NCBI RefSeq assembly: GCF_009914755.1
Contig: NC_060926.1
Source of the DNA: the human T2T-CHM13v2.0 reference genome, Homo sapiens
Length of the DNA: 64,000 nucleotides
Reading direction: 5' to 3' (one strand)
Shown here one piece after another: positions 19,526 through 34,208 of the stretch. Within the stretch, counting starts at the first letter, position 1. Every line of letters begins with the position of its first letter. Made by a program: the position numbers and the translations under genes. The notes beneath the pieces were generated by a model, which saw only the letters and a program-made list of their open reading frames with translations, had not been told where the DNA came from and searched no databases.

Positions 19526-20845
19526 TGGAAAGGGTCCCTTTGATTTCTATTTTTCTGAGAGCTTTTATCACGAATTGACGGTGAATCAATCTCTGTCCAT
19601 TTGCTTTCCCTTATCAAAGTCATTCTCAGCACCAATTATTATGATCATGTAGTTTTTCTTCTGTAGGCTGTTGTTAATGGTGAATTATATTTATTGATTT
19701 TTGAATACTGAACTAGCTTTTGATCCTCAGCATAAACTCCACTTAGTCATGATGTATAATTGTTTATCTATATGCAGACATTCATTTGCTAATTTTTAAA
19801 AGAATTTTTGCATTTATATTTATTAGGAATACTGATCTGTACTTTTTTTTTCCTTTTTGTACTGTGTCTGTCTAGTTTTGGTAATAAGGTATTATTGGCT
19901 TTATAAAATTGAGAAGTTTTCCCTTCTTGTATATTCTGGAAGAGCTTGTATAGAATTAGCATTAATTCTTCTTTAAAAACATGGTAGCATTCTCCAGTGA
20001 ATTCATCTGGCCCTGGAAATTTATTGTTTGATTGTTTAAAAATAATAAATTGAATTACCTTAATAGTTTTTGAGCCTATTGATATGATCAATTTCCTCTT
20101 GGGTGAGTTATGGCAGATTGCATTTTTTGAGGAATTGGTCCACTTGTTCTAAGTTGTCAAATTTATGTGTGTAAAGTTGTTTCTAGTATTCCCCCTTAGT
20201 ATGCTTTGGATGTCTGCAAGGTCTGTAATAGTATTTTCTCTTTCATTCCTAAAACTGGTAATTTGTGTCTTCTTTTATTTTCTTTGTCAGTCTTGCTAGA
20301 GGTTTGTCAATTTCATTGATCTTTTTCAAGTTCCAGATGTTTCTTCTGTTAATTTTTTCTATCATTTTTCTGTTTCCAATCACATTGTTTAATTTTCTCG
20401 TCTTATTTACTTCGTTCCACTTGGTTTGAATTTATTTTGCTCTGCTTTTTCTAGTTCCTTAAGTCCTTAGACTACTGATTTGACACTTTCCTACTTTCCT
20501 AATATGAGAAATTAGTGTTATAACTTTCCCTCAACAATGAGTTTCATCTTTTCAAATTTGATATTAGATTATCATTTTTACTCAGTTAAATTTTATTTCC
20601 CTTGAGACTCCCTCTTTGATCTAGTATTATTTACAAGTGTGATGTTGTTTTCTTTTCAACCGTTGGATATTTTTCCCTTGTCTTTGTTATTCCTAGTTTT
20701 ATTCATTATGATTGGAGAATACACTATGTATGATTTAGTTTTCTGAAGTTTATTTATGACATTTCTTGGCCTGGATATTTCAAAGTTTATCTTGTTTTGC
20801 TTTTCCTCTTATTCTTTCATCTGTAAGCTTACATTATTGCCTAAT

Positions 20846-21099
20846 TTCAGAAATTTTCAGCTATTATGTCTGTGAAAATTTTCAGTTCTCCTTTCTCTCT
20901 TCTCAACTTCCAGAATTGTAATGGACCACAAAAGTTAGCTCTCTTTTTATACTATGACAGGCCAGTGAGACTTCAGAAATTTTCAGCTATTATGTCTGTG
21001 AAAATTTTCAGTTCTCCTCTCTCTCTTCTCACCTTCTGGAATTGTAATGGCACAAAAGTTAACTCTCTTTTTATAGTATGACAGGCCAGTGAGACTTCA
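20846..21099 (+). repeat. tandem duplication, about 126 bp x2
   Basis: copies begin at 20846 and 20972 ('ttcagaaattttcagctattatgtctgtgaaaattttcag...'). Confidence 0.95.
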
Positions 21100-22306
21100 T
21101 TTTCTTTCTTCTCATAGTTTTCAATTATTATCTTCATTTTTGTGGACTATTTCTTCTCTGTCCATTCTGCTGTTGAGCCCATCAGCTAAGGTTATTGTAT
21201 TGGTTATTGTAATTTTCAGTTCTAAAATTTATACTTGATTATTGTTTACATCTTATGTTTATCTACTGAGACTTTCCACTCCTTTTCAGAGACTCCTTAT
21301 TTCAAGTGTTTTTGTAATTACTCATTGAAGTTTTTTGTGATGGCTCCACTAAAATCCTTGTCAGATATGTCTAATATGTCTGTAATCTCAGTGTTGGTGT
21401 CTGTTGGTTCTCATTTTTCATTCAATTTGAGATTTTCCTGCTCCTTGGTATAAAAAATGATTTCTGATAGGAAACTGGATATATTGGTTATTACACTATG
21501 ACATTCTGAATCTTACTTAAACATTTTGTTTTAGCTTTGTTCTTCCGACACTTCTCCAAAAAGAAAATGGTGGTACTCACTAGTTACTGCCAGGTGAGAG
21601 TCAAGATCCAGGTACCTTATTCAGCCTCTGTTAACTCTTGAAGGGAGGGGCACCCCTTTTCTGCTTAATGGAAGTGAAAGTTCCAGCTCCCCAGTGGGCC
21701 TCCACTGATAACACCCTGGCTGGGAGGAGCAAACATATCCATTTTTTTGCCCCATACATGGCTTCCATTGACATGGAGTTCGGGGACAGGGAAACTCATT
21801 ACTGCTGAATAATGAAAGTTTTATGTTTAGGCCTCCTGTTATATCACTACACAGGAAAAGGGAAGTTGCCTCTCTAATGTGGAATGAGAGTGTAAGTTCA
21901 GATTCCTCACAAGATCTCCACTGACATTTCAGGGATCTGGGGGTGCTCATTAGTGCCCAATGAGGATCTAAGTCCTGGCATCCTACTCAATGTTCATTGG
22001 CACTATCCCAACCCCCAGTAGTGGGTTCGGGGTGCATTGTTATAGTCTATGGGGATGGAAGTTTAAGCGTCTTACTTGTCCTTTGTTGGTATATTTGGAG
22101 GTATAACCACAGCCCTTCATGTGGTATTTGGCTTGAATACACAGATTATTGTCTAAAAGCTTTCTGTCTTGCTATAGAAACTATTCTTTTCTTTCTTTCT
22201 CTCTCTGTTTGTTCAAAAGAGCATGCTTTTTTGTTGTAGTTGCTCACATTTATATTCCAGGATTCTGCCTTCTCCAGCTACAGAATATATGATAAACAAA
22301 ACCAAT

Positions 22307-22686
22307 CGATAATATTTGGCTCTGTATCCTCACCCAAATCTCCTGTAGAATTGTAAGTCTCAATGTTGGAGGTGAGGTGTGGTGAGAGGTGATTGCATCA
22401 TGGGGGTGGTTTCCAATGATTTAGCACCATCCCCTTAGTGCTATCTTGTGATAGAGTTCTCCCAAGATCCGCTGTTTAAAACTCCTGCTCCCTTTCTCTC
22501 CAGATGGCCATGTGAAAATACGCAGGCTTCTTCTTTACCTTCCACCATAATAGTGTTTCCTAAGGCCTCCTCAAAAGAAGAAGACTGTGTAGCACACAGA
22601 ACCATGAGCTGATTAAACCTCTTTTCATTAATAAATTAACTGGTCTTGAGTATGTCTTTATAGCAGTGTGAGAACAGAATAATACA
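22307..22686 (+). mobile_element. MST (MSTA/B-like) solo LTR
   Basis: 'tttggctctgtatcctcacccaaatctc...tagcagtgtgagaacagaataataca'. Confidence 0.88.
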
Positions 22687-22919
22687 CCATGGACTCATTC
22701 TTATGTCATTCCTCAGGTTCCAAGCTCCCTCACTCATCTGCTTTCTTCTCCCCACCATTTAATATTTCTTGTTTATTTTATATATAATTTCAGAGTTTTA
22801 GTTTCACATAGAAGATGCAGTAGGTGAAGTACTTCTCATCTACATTGTAGGAAGCAGAAGTAAAAATGCAATCCTTTTTTAATGCAACTTTTTATACAAT
22901 TCAGTATTTCACTGACTTT

Positions 22920-23320
22920 ATCTCTGCTGTTTTATCTGCCTGAGATACTTACCCAGCCATGCCTCTCTGGCAAAATGGCAAACTCCTCATCATTCTTCAT
23001 GACTCACCTCAAGTATTTCCATTTTTAAAGCCTTCTGTAACCTCCATTTCTATGACTGTATTCATTTTTTTATAGTGACACTATGACTACCACCATGTGA
23101 ATGCACTTACATTCATTTACATTAACTCACTGTCAAACTATCACTTTTAAACTATTTAAAAATACTTTAATAGTCTGATAAGAGCTATCTCTCTTACTAC
23201 ACTTTCAAGGGAGGAATCATATCCTGTTCACATTATGTACTCGAAAGGTATAGTGCCTCACAATAGAAAAGCTCAATGTTGTTAAATGAGTGAATGGGTA
23301 TAAGGATGAAGGAATGGCAG
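22920..23320 (+). mobile_element. L2 3' fragment
   Basis: 'ggcaaactcctcatcattcttcatgactcacctcaagt...gctcaatgttgttaaatgagtgaatgg'. Confidence 0.65.
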
Positions 23321-24099
23321 GCTTTAACTGAAAATGAAGACTAAGTATTTCTGCAGGAACACAGAGGTGTAACAATGAAAAAATCTTTTAAAAAGTATGA
23401 GGAGGAAGATAAATAGATAACTAATAATTTGATTTTATTTTATAGTTAATGGGTAGCTTCCTGGAAGACAGAGAGAGAGAGATAGGTAAAATAAATTAAC
23501 TTTTATGTGAAATAAGATGTAATAATCCTGATTTTTTCACCTCTGTACTAGTGTCATTACAAACAGATCCATTTACTTGACATATCTTATTATCACAATT
23601 AAGCATGAAATACCCATTTGAAATGTTGATTTAAAAAGTTGATATGAGACAACAGGACATTAAGTGCTATGTACATTAAAATTCGTTATTATTTGTTTAA
23701 TTTTATGTTCATTGTTGCCTACAAAAAACACACTTCACTGTTTATAAAGATAAGCATGTATTGAAAATAAAAGAATGAAAAAAGATATTCTGTGCAAATA
23801 GACACCAAAAAAGAACAGGAGTAGCTACACTTATACAAACAAAATAGATTTCAAGACAGAAACTATTTCTAAAAAAAGACAATGAATGTCATTACATAAG
23901 AATACAGTGGTCAATTCGGCAAGAGGATATAACAATTATAAATATATATGCACCCAATACAATACTGAAGCACCCAGAAATGCAAAGCAAATATTGTTAG
24001 TGTTAAAGAGAGAGATAGACCCTAATACAATAAGAGCTGGAGACTTCAACCCCCCGCTTTCAGCACTGGACAGATTATACTGACAGAAAATCAACAAAG

Positions 24100-24421
<322 letters not shown>

Positions 24422-25586
24422 TCAACAAAGAAACATTGGATTTAATCTCCATTACAGACCAAATAATGTTTATAGAACATTTCACTCAACATCTGTAGAA
24501 AACACATTCTTCTCCTCAGCACATGAATCATTAATAATGATAGATCGTATGTTAGGCTACACTAAAAAATAAGACTTAAAAAATTCAAAATTTAAAATCA
24601 TATTAAATGTCTTTTCTTCCCACATGTAATAAAACTAGAAATCACTAACAAGAGGAACTTTGGAAACAATATGAACACATGGAAATTAAACAATATGCTC
24701 CTGAATGACCAGTGAGTCAATAAAGAAATTAATAAGAACACTGATAGATTTCTTGAAACATATGAAAATGGAAAAAAACCCACACCAAAAACTATGGGGT
24801 ATGGCAAAAGCAATACCAAGGAAAATTTACAGTACTAAGTGCCTATTTCAAGAAAGTTAAAAAAAATCAAATAAACAATCTAATAATGCATCTTAAAGAA
24901 CTAGAAAAGCAAGAGCAAACCAAATCCAAAATTAGTAGTAGAAAAGACATAATAAATAATGGAGCAGAAATAAATAAAATTGACATTTTAAAAAATATAA
25001 AAGATCAATGAAATGTTTTAAAAAGATACACAAAATCAACAAACTTTTAGACACATTAAGAGCAAGACTTGTATAAATAAAATCAGAGATGAAAAGGACA
25101 ATACAACTTCTACTATAGAAATTCAAAAGATTATTAGAAACTGCTATGAGTAATTATATGCCAATAAATTGGAAAACCTAGAAGAAATGGATAAATTTCT
25201 AGGAACATACAACCTACCAAAACTGAACCATGAAGAAATTCAAAACCTGAATAGACCAATACGAGTAATGAGATTGAAGACCTGCTAATGTCTCCAACCA
25301 AAGAAAACCTGGGACTCAGTGGCCTCACTGGGGCATTTTACTGAACATTTAAAGTAGAACTAATACCAATCATACTCAAACTATTTTGAAAAATAGAGAA
25401 TGAGATAATACTTCCAAACTCATTCTATAAAATCTCTATTATCCTTATAGCAACACCAGACAAAGACACATAAAAAAAGAAAGAAAACTATAGGCCACTA
25501 TCTCTGATGCACATTCATGTAAATATCTTCAAAAAATACAAGCAAACTAAATGGAACAACACATTCAAAAGATCATTCATCATAAC

Positions 25587-26340
25587 TGTATTAGTTCATT
25601 CTCACGCTGCTATGACAAAATACCCAAGGTTGGGTAATTTATAAAGGAAGGAGTTTTGACTCATAGTTCCTCATGGCTGGGGAGTCCTCAGGAAACTTAC
25701 AGTCATGGCAGAAGGCACCTCTTCACAGGGCAGCAGGGAGAAAATGAGTGCAAGCAGGAGAAATGCCAGATGCTTATAAAACCATCAGTTCTCATGAGAA
25801 CTCACTAACACGAGCACAGCATAGAGAAAACTGCTCCCATGATCCAATCACTTTCTACTGGGTCCCTTCCATGACATGTGGGGATTATGGGAACTACAAT
25901 TCAAAATGAGATTTGGGTGGGGACATGGCCACACCATATTATTCCACTCATGGCTCCTCCCAAATTTCATGTCCTCACATTTCAAAACACAGTCATACCT
26001 TCCAAATAGTCCCCAAAGTCTTAGCTCATTCCAGCATTAACTCAAAAGTCCAAGTCCAAAATCTCATCTGAGACAAGGCCAGTCCCTTTTGCCTATAAGT
26101 TGATAAAATGAAATATAAGTTAATTCCTTCCAAGTTACAATGGGGGTAGAGGCATTGGGTAAATACACCTGATACAAGTAGGAGAAATTGGCCAAAACAA
26201 AAGCACTATAGGCCCCATGCAAGGCCAAAATCCAATAGGGCAGTCATTAAACCTTAAAGTTCCAAAATGATCTCCTTTGATTCCATGTCTCACATCCAGG
26301 TCATGCTGATGCATGAGGTAGGCTCCCATGGCCTTAAGCA
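25587..26340 (-). mobile_element. THE1 (THE1D-like) LTR (25587-25941) plus about 400 bp of internal sequence, truncated
   Basis: tgtattagttcattctcacgctgct...ccatatta, then THE1-int 'cattccagcattaactcaaaagtccaagtccaaaatctcatctgagacaagg'. Confidence 0.88.
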
Positions 26341-26419
26341 ATAAGCAAATGGGATTCATCCAGGGATGCAAGGATGGTCCAATGTATGCAAATCTATCAA
26401 TGTGCCACATCATAACAAC

Positions 26420-28762
26420 TGTATTAGTTTGTTCTCACACTGCTATAAAGAACAAACAGAGACTGGGTAACTTAGAAAAAAAAGAGGTTTAATAAACTCA
26501 GTTCCACAGGCTGTACAGAAAGCATGGCTGAGAGGCCTCAGGAAACTTACAATCATGGCAGAAGGGTGAAGGGAGAGCAAGCATGTCTTCACATGGGGGC
26601 AAGAGAAAGAGTGAAGGGGGAAGTGGCACACATTTTAAGCAACCACACCTCCTGAGAACTCATTCACTATAATGAGAACAGGAAGGGGGAAGTTAGGCCC
26701 CATAATTCAATCACCTCAAACCAGACCACTCCTCCAACATGTGGGGATTACAATTCAACATGAGATTTGTGTGGGAAAAAAATCCAAACCATATCACTCT
26801 GCCCCTGGCCCCTCTCAAATCTCATGTCCTTCTCACATATCAAAACACAATAATACCTTACCAACAGTCCCCTAAAGTCTTAACTCATTCCAGCATTACC
26901 TTAAATGTCCAAGTACAAAGTCTCATCTGAGACAAGGCAAGTCTCTTTGGCCTATGAGCCTGTAAAATCAAAAACAAGTTAGTTACTTCCAAGACACAAT
27001 TCACGTATAGGCAGTGGGTAAATATTCCCTTTCCAAAAGGGAAAAATTGACCAAAACAAAGTGGCTTCAGGCCAAAACCCAGCAGGGTGGTTATTAAATC
27101 TTAAAGCTCCAAAATAATTTCCTTTGACTTCATGTCTTGCATCCAGGATGCACTGAAGCAAGTGATGGATTCCCAAGGCCTTGGGCAGCTCTGCTGCTGT
27201 GGCTCTGCAGGTTACAGCACCCATGACTGCTTTCATGGGCTGGTGTTGTGTGCCTGTGGCTTTTCCAGGTGAATGATGCAAGCTGTCAGTGGATGTACCA
27301 TTCTGTGGTCTGGAAGACAGTGGCCCTCTTCTCACAGCTCCACTAGGCAGTGCCCCAGTGGGGACTCCAACCTCACATTTTCCTTCTGCACTGCCCTAGC
27401 AGAGTTTCTTCATGAGGGCTCCACCCTTGCTGCAGACTTCTGACTGGACATCCAGGCGTTTCAATACATCCTCTGAAATCTATGTGGAGGCTTCCCAAAC
27501 TTTAACACCTGCCTTCTGCACACCTCAGGCCCAACCACATGTGGAAGCTGCCAAGGTTTGGGGCTTGCATGCTCTGAAGCAATGGTCCAACATGTAATTT
27601 GTCCTCTTTTAGTCATTGCTGGAGCTGGAGCAGCTGGGATGCAAAGCACCATGTCCTGAGATGGCATGGAGCAGCAGGGCCCTGTGCCTGGCCCACTAAA
27701 CCAGTTTTCTCTCCTAGGCCTCCAGGCCTGTGATGGAAGGGGCTGCTATGAAGGACTCTGAAATGCCTTGGGGGCATTTTCCCCATTATCTTGGCTATTA
27801 ACATTCAATTCTCCTTTACTTATGCAAATTTCTGCACCCTTGAAATCCTTCCTAGAAAATTGAGTTTTCTTTTCTACCACATGGTCATGCTACACATTTT
27901 CCAAAGTTTTATGCTCTGGTTTCCTTTTAAATATAAGTTATCTTTGCTTATGCAAATGACAGTAGGCTTTGAGAAGCAGCCAGGTCTGAATGCTTTGCTG
28001 CTTAGAAATTTCTTCTACCAGGTAACCTAAATAATTTCTCTTAATTTCAAAGTTCCACAGATCCCTAGGGAAGGGGCACAATGCTGCCAGTTTCTTTTCT
28101 AAAGCATAGCAACACTGATCTTTGCTCCAGTTCCCAGTAAGTTCCTCATCTCCGTCTGAGATCACCTCATCCTGGATTTCATTGTCCATATCGCTATCAG
28201 TGTTTTGGACAAAATTATTAAACAAGTCTCTAGGAAGTTCCAAAATTTTCCTCATTGTCTTATCTTCTTGTGAGCCCTCCAAACTGTTTTAACTTCTGCA
28301 TATTACCCAGTTCCAAAGTCACTTTCATATTTTTCAGTATCCTTATAGCAATATCCAACTCCTGTTACCAATTTTCCATATTAGTCTGTTCTCACACTGC
28401 TATAAAGAAATACCTAGGACTGGGTGACTTATAAAGAAAAAAAAAGAGGTTTAATTGATTCAAAGTTTCACAGGCTATTCAGGAGTCATGGCTGGTGAGG
28501 CCTCAGAAAACTTACAATCATGGCAGAAAGGCAAAGAGAAAGCAAGCACATCTTCACATGGTGGCAGGAGAACGAGTGAAGGAGAAAGTAGTGCAGACCT
28601 TTAAACGACCAGATCTTGTGAGAACTCATTCATTATCATGAGAACAGCAAGTGAGAAATCCACCCCCATGATTCAATTGCTTTCCACCAGGCCCTCCTCC
28701 ACCACATGGGAATTACAATTCAACATGAGATTTTCCTGGGGACACAGAGCCAAACCATATCA
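26420..28762 (-). mobile_element. MST (MSTA-like) provirus with two LTRs (26420-26796, 28377-28762) and internal region
   Basis: both LTRs run from (t/c)(g/a)tattag to ccatatca; MaLR-int peptide 27938-28282 'LELPRDL...DEELTGNWSK'; host L1 resumes at 'agaatgaaggacaaaaacc'. Confidence 0.92.
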
Positions 28763-31400
28763 CCAAGAGAATGAAGGACAAAAACCATATGATCATCTTC
28801 ATTGATGATGAAAAAGCATTTGATAAAATTCATCATTTCTTCCTGATAAAAACCCTCAAAAATTAGGTTTAGAAGGAGCATACCTCAACATAATAAATTC
28901 CATATATGACAGACCCACAGCTAGTACACTAAATGGGAAAAATTGAAAGCCTTTCCTCTAAGATCTGGAACACGACAAGGATGCCCACTTTCACAAGTGC
29001 TATTCAACAGAGTACTGTAAGTCCTAGTTAGAGCAATCAGACAAGAGAAAGAAATAAAGGACATCCAAATTGGAAAGGAAGAAGTCAAATTATCCTTGTT
29101 TGCAGATGATACAATCTTACATTTGGAAAAACCTAAAGATTCCATTAAAAAACTATTAAAACTGCTAAACAAATTCAATAAAGTTGCAGGGTACAAAATC
29201 AACATCCAAAATTCAGTAGCATATTTACATGCCAACAGCAAACAATCTGAAAAAGAAATCCAGGAAGTAATCTTATTTACAATAGCCACAAATTAAACTA
29301 AATTTGCAGGAATAAACTTACACAAGAAGTGAAAGATCTCCACAATAAAAACTATAAAGCATTGATGCAAGAAATTGTAGAGGACAAAAACATGGACAGA
29401 TATTTTGTGTTCCTGGATTGGAAGAAACAATATCGTTTCAATGTCTATACTACCCAAAGAAATCTATAAATTTAATGCAATCTCTATGAAAATATCAATG
29501 ACCTGCTTCAAAGCACTAAAGACACAAAATAGGCAATGCTATCATGAGCAATAGAACAAAACTGGAGGAATCACATTATCTGACTTCAAATTATACTACA
29601 GAGCTACAGTAACCAAAACATTGTAATACTGGCATACAAACAGACACATTGACCAATGTAACAGAACAGAGAACCCAAAAATCAATCCATACATCTACAT
29701 TAAACTCATTTTCGTCAAGGGTGCCAAGAACATTCATCAGGGAAAGTACTGTCTCTTCAATAAATGGTGCTGGAAAACCTGGATATCCATATGCAGAAAA
29801 TGAAACTAGACTTCTATCTCTCACCATATCAAAAATCAAATCAAAATGGATTAAAAACTAAAATCTAAGACATGAAACTGTTAAAAGTAAACATGGTGGA
29901 AATTCTCTAGTACATTGTCTAGGCAAAGATTTGTTGTATAATACCCCAAAAGCACATGTAACCAAAGCAAAAATGAACAACCAGGATCACACCAAGTTAA
30001 AAAGCTTCTGCACAGCAAAGGAAACATCAACAAAGTGAAGTGACAATGTACAATATGAGAGAAAATATATCCAACCTATCCATCAGACAAGGGATTAATG
30101 GCCAGTATATAGAAGGAGCTCAAACAACTCAATAGGAAAAATTCTAATAAACTTATTTAAAAATGGGCCAAATATCTGAATAGATTTTTTTTTTTGAAAA
30201 AAAAAAAAAAGACACATAATGGGCAAACAGGCATATAAAAACCTTCTCAACACCATTGGTCATCAGAGAAATGAAATTAAAATGACAATGAAATATCATC
30301 TCACCCCAGTTAAAATGGCTTTTATCAGAAACACAGGAAATAACGTATGCTGGCAAGGATGTAAAGAAGAGGAAACCCTCAAACACTGTTGATGGGAATG
30401 TGAATTAGTACAACTACTATGGAGAACAGCATGGGGGTTCCTCAAAAAACTAAAAATAGAACCACCAGGTGATCCAACAATCTCACTCCTAGGTATATAC
30501 CAAAAAGAAAGAAAATGTGTATACTGAAGAGATATCTGCATTCCCATGTTTATTGTAGCACTGTTCACAATGGCCACAATGTGGAATTAATCTAATTGTC
30601 CATCATCAGATGAATGGAAAGGAAAATGTGGAACATGTACACAATAGAGTCCTAGTCACCCATAAAAAAGAATGATATCCTGTTATTTGCATCATTGCAG
30701 CATTGTGGATGAAACTGGAGGATATAATGTTAAGTGAAATAAGACAGGGACAGAAAACAAACTTCTTATGTTCTTACTCATATTTGGGAGCTAAAAGTTA
30801 AGACAATTAAACTCATGGAGATAGAGAATAGAATGCTGGATACCAGAGGCTGGGATAGGGAGAGTGAGGGGCTTGTGGGGATGGTTAATCAGTACAAAAA
30901 TATGGTTATGTAGAATAAATAAGATCTAGTATTTGATAGCACAACAGGATGACTATACTCGACAGTAACTTATAGTACACTTCAAAATAACCAAAAGATT
31001 GTAACTGGAATGTTTGTAATATAAAGAAATGATACATGCTTGAAGTAATGAATACCCCCATTTACCCTGATGTGATTATGTATTGTATGTCTGTATCAAA
31101 ATATCTCATGTACCCCATAAATATATACACCTACTATGTACTCATAAAACTTAAAAATGTAATAAAAAAGTCAGTGACTTCATATTGTGAATAAAATACA
31201 ATCCCAGAAAATCAATAAACATATACTAAATTAGAAAAATAAAATTTAAAATAATGTGTATATATATATATGTTATATATTTTTCTACTATGCATCCAGT
31301 AGAATATCAATAGCAGTAAATAATCAGGCTAATATTAAATAGCTGTTGCTAAATGACAAATTCTGCTGATTAAAACGAAATGGGTGACTTGTTAAACAGA

Positions 31401-33661
31401 GGTATTAGTCAAGGTTCTCTGCAAAATCAGAACCCAGAGAGTACAGACAGATAGATATGGAGGTAACAGGAGATTTGTTATGGAATTGGCTCCTGCAATT
31501 ATGGAAGCTGAGAGGTCCCGTGACACGATGTCTGTAAGCTGGAGAACCAGGAAAGCAACTGATATAATACAGTCCCAGTCCAAAGGCCTGAGAACAAGGG
31601 GACTAAAAAGTATAACTAACTCCCAGTCTGTGGGTTGGAGTTGGGGGTGCAGATATAAGTCCCACGTTCAAACCTGAAAAGAGGAGCACTAATGTTGACG
31701 GCAGAAAAAGACAGATGCCCAGCTCAAGGAGAAAGAGAGAGAGTTAATTCACCATTTCTCTGCCTTTTTTTTCTATCTGGGCCCAAAACAGATTGTATAA
31801 TGCCACTCACATTGGTGAGTGGGTAGCTTCTTTACTCAGTCTTCTGGTTCAAATACTGATCTCTTACAGACACACACAGAAATCATTCTTTACCAGCTAT
31901 CAAGGCTTCCCTTAACCCATTGAAGTTGACACATAAAATTAACCATCATAAATTTACCCCTTGTCAATTTGACACCTTATGCATCGCCTTGAACCTTAAT
32001 TAATCCCCAAATAAAAAATAATGAATGATTACATCTAACATGATACAACTGTCCTGCCTACAACCAGAAATACACTAATTCCTTCTCCAGAATAGGAGGT
32101 AAAGTTCTTCAGTGATCTTTACTCTTTCCATGATATGCCATAACAAATACAATGTAAAATTGACAGTAGTTAATATTGATCTAAAGATAATACATCTTAT
32201 GTTACATAAGGGAATGAGAGAAAATAAAAGTATTTGCTCAATATATGTATATGCACACATACTTGTAACAAGGAGGAAATACTCATGACAATTACAATTT
32301 TCATTATTGTAACTAGTTTTGTGGTCTTGTATTTGTGATTATCTTCTACTTCCCATTCTGTATTCCCTTTGCCTTCAGCAAGAACCTCTGCTGGTTGTGG
32401 CTTTTGACTTTGTGGAGTAAAATCTTCATTCCTGAATCTGGGTATTTGTAGTCCCACCAGGATTGGGTTGTTGTAGTGTTCCACTAACATTAATTTACAG
32501 GGCATGATAACACTAAGTGATGCACTAAGCCATCACCTATATTTCAGACATACTCATCCTTACCTCCATTGTAGAGTGGCAGTCCAGTTTTCTCTTAGTA
32601 GTCTGGATCACTCAATCCAGCCAATATATGTAACTCCCTTACTGGCCTGTTGACTCAGAGCATGAGGACCGCAAGAGGCCATGTGGCAGTCTTAACTTCT
32701 AGTTCAGTGGAATCATTTTTTGTGTCTCCTGATAGAAGTACTTCTCCCTAGAGAACTAAAACTTCTAGGCCAGTGGAGCATAAAGTGATAGGACAAGGAA
32801 GCAAAATATTTGCTAGTGGATTACTAGGGCTAACGATTATGGTACCTCTTCCATTTTCACTTCTTGATTCCAGAACCAATGAATCCTTGCTATCAGAGAA
32901 ACAAATATATTGGATGCTGATTAAAAACATACACAGCCTTCTAGAGAATCTTTCTGCAGGGCTGCAGGTATTGTGACCTAGCTGACACTGGAATTGAATA
33001 TCCAAAAGGCCATTTCTTCATTCCATCAGGACAGCTGCTTCAGGATGAGAAACATGGTAACTAGGGAATTTCATGAGCATAGACTAATTACTGCTTTTCT
33101 TTGGCTGCAAAGTGAGTTCCTTGGTCAGAAGCGACGTTATGTAGAATACCACGATGATGGATAAGGTATTCTGTAAGTACTCCAATGGTAGTTTTGGTAG
33201 AAGCACCGGGTGGAGGAAAGATAAATCCATATCCAGAGTGTCCATGGCAGTAAAGACAAAACGTTGCCTCTTCCATGATGGAAGTAGTCCAGTGTAATCA
33301 ACCTGACATGAGATAGCTAGCTGATCACCTTAGAGAATGGTGCCATATTGGAGGCGCTGATCACCTTAGAGAATGGTGCCATATTGGAGGCACCATGTTG
33401 GTATCTGCTGCTGGCAGATTGGGCACTCTTTGGTGGTGGTAGCTAGGTTATTTCCTTGGTGAGTGAAAGTCCATGTTGCTGAGCTTATGTATAACCTCCA
33501 TGCCTGCCACCATTTCCACTTTGCTCATGAGCATATTGGGCATTACTCAGTCTACTGATTCAAAGGGTGATCTCCTCTGGAAATACCCAGAAATGATATT
33601 TTATCAACTATCTGGGAATCTCTTAGTCCAGTCAAGGTGACATACAAAATTAATCATCACA
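31401..33661 (-). mobile_element. ERVL (MLT2-family LTRs), internally deleted: LTR 31401-31950, dUTPase/integrase remnant, partial LTR 33543-33661
   Basis: LTR ends 'gacacataaaattaaccatcata' and 'gacatacaaaattaatcatcaca'; IN peptide 'GILHNVASDQGTHF' (33088-33276); TSD acaga/ataga. Confidence 0.88.
33320..33391 (+). repeat. perfect 36 bp tandem duplication
   Basis: gctgatcaccttagagaatggtgccatattggaggc x2. Confidence 0.97.
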
Positions 33662-33806
33662 ATAGATTTTTTCAAGTCTCACTATGGATCTATTAAGTTA
33701 TAATTAATGAAATTAAATACTCAAGGGTTTACATGTTTATAACGCTCCCAAGTGAAGCATCCAGATTTGCATATGACATTGGTATGTTGATCCATTGAGT
33801 GAGTAG

Positions 33807-34208
<402 letters not shown>

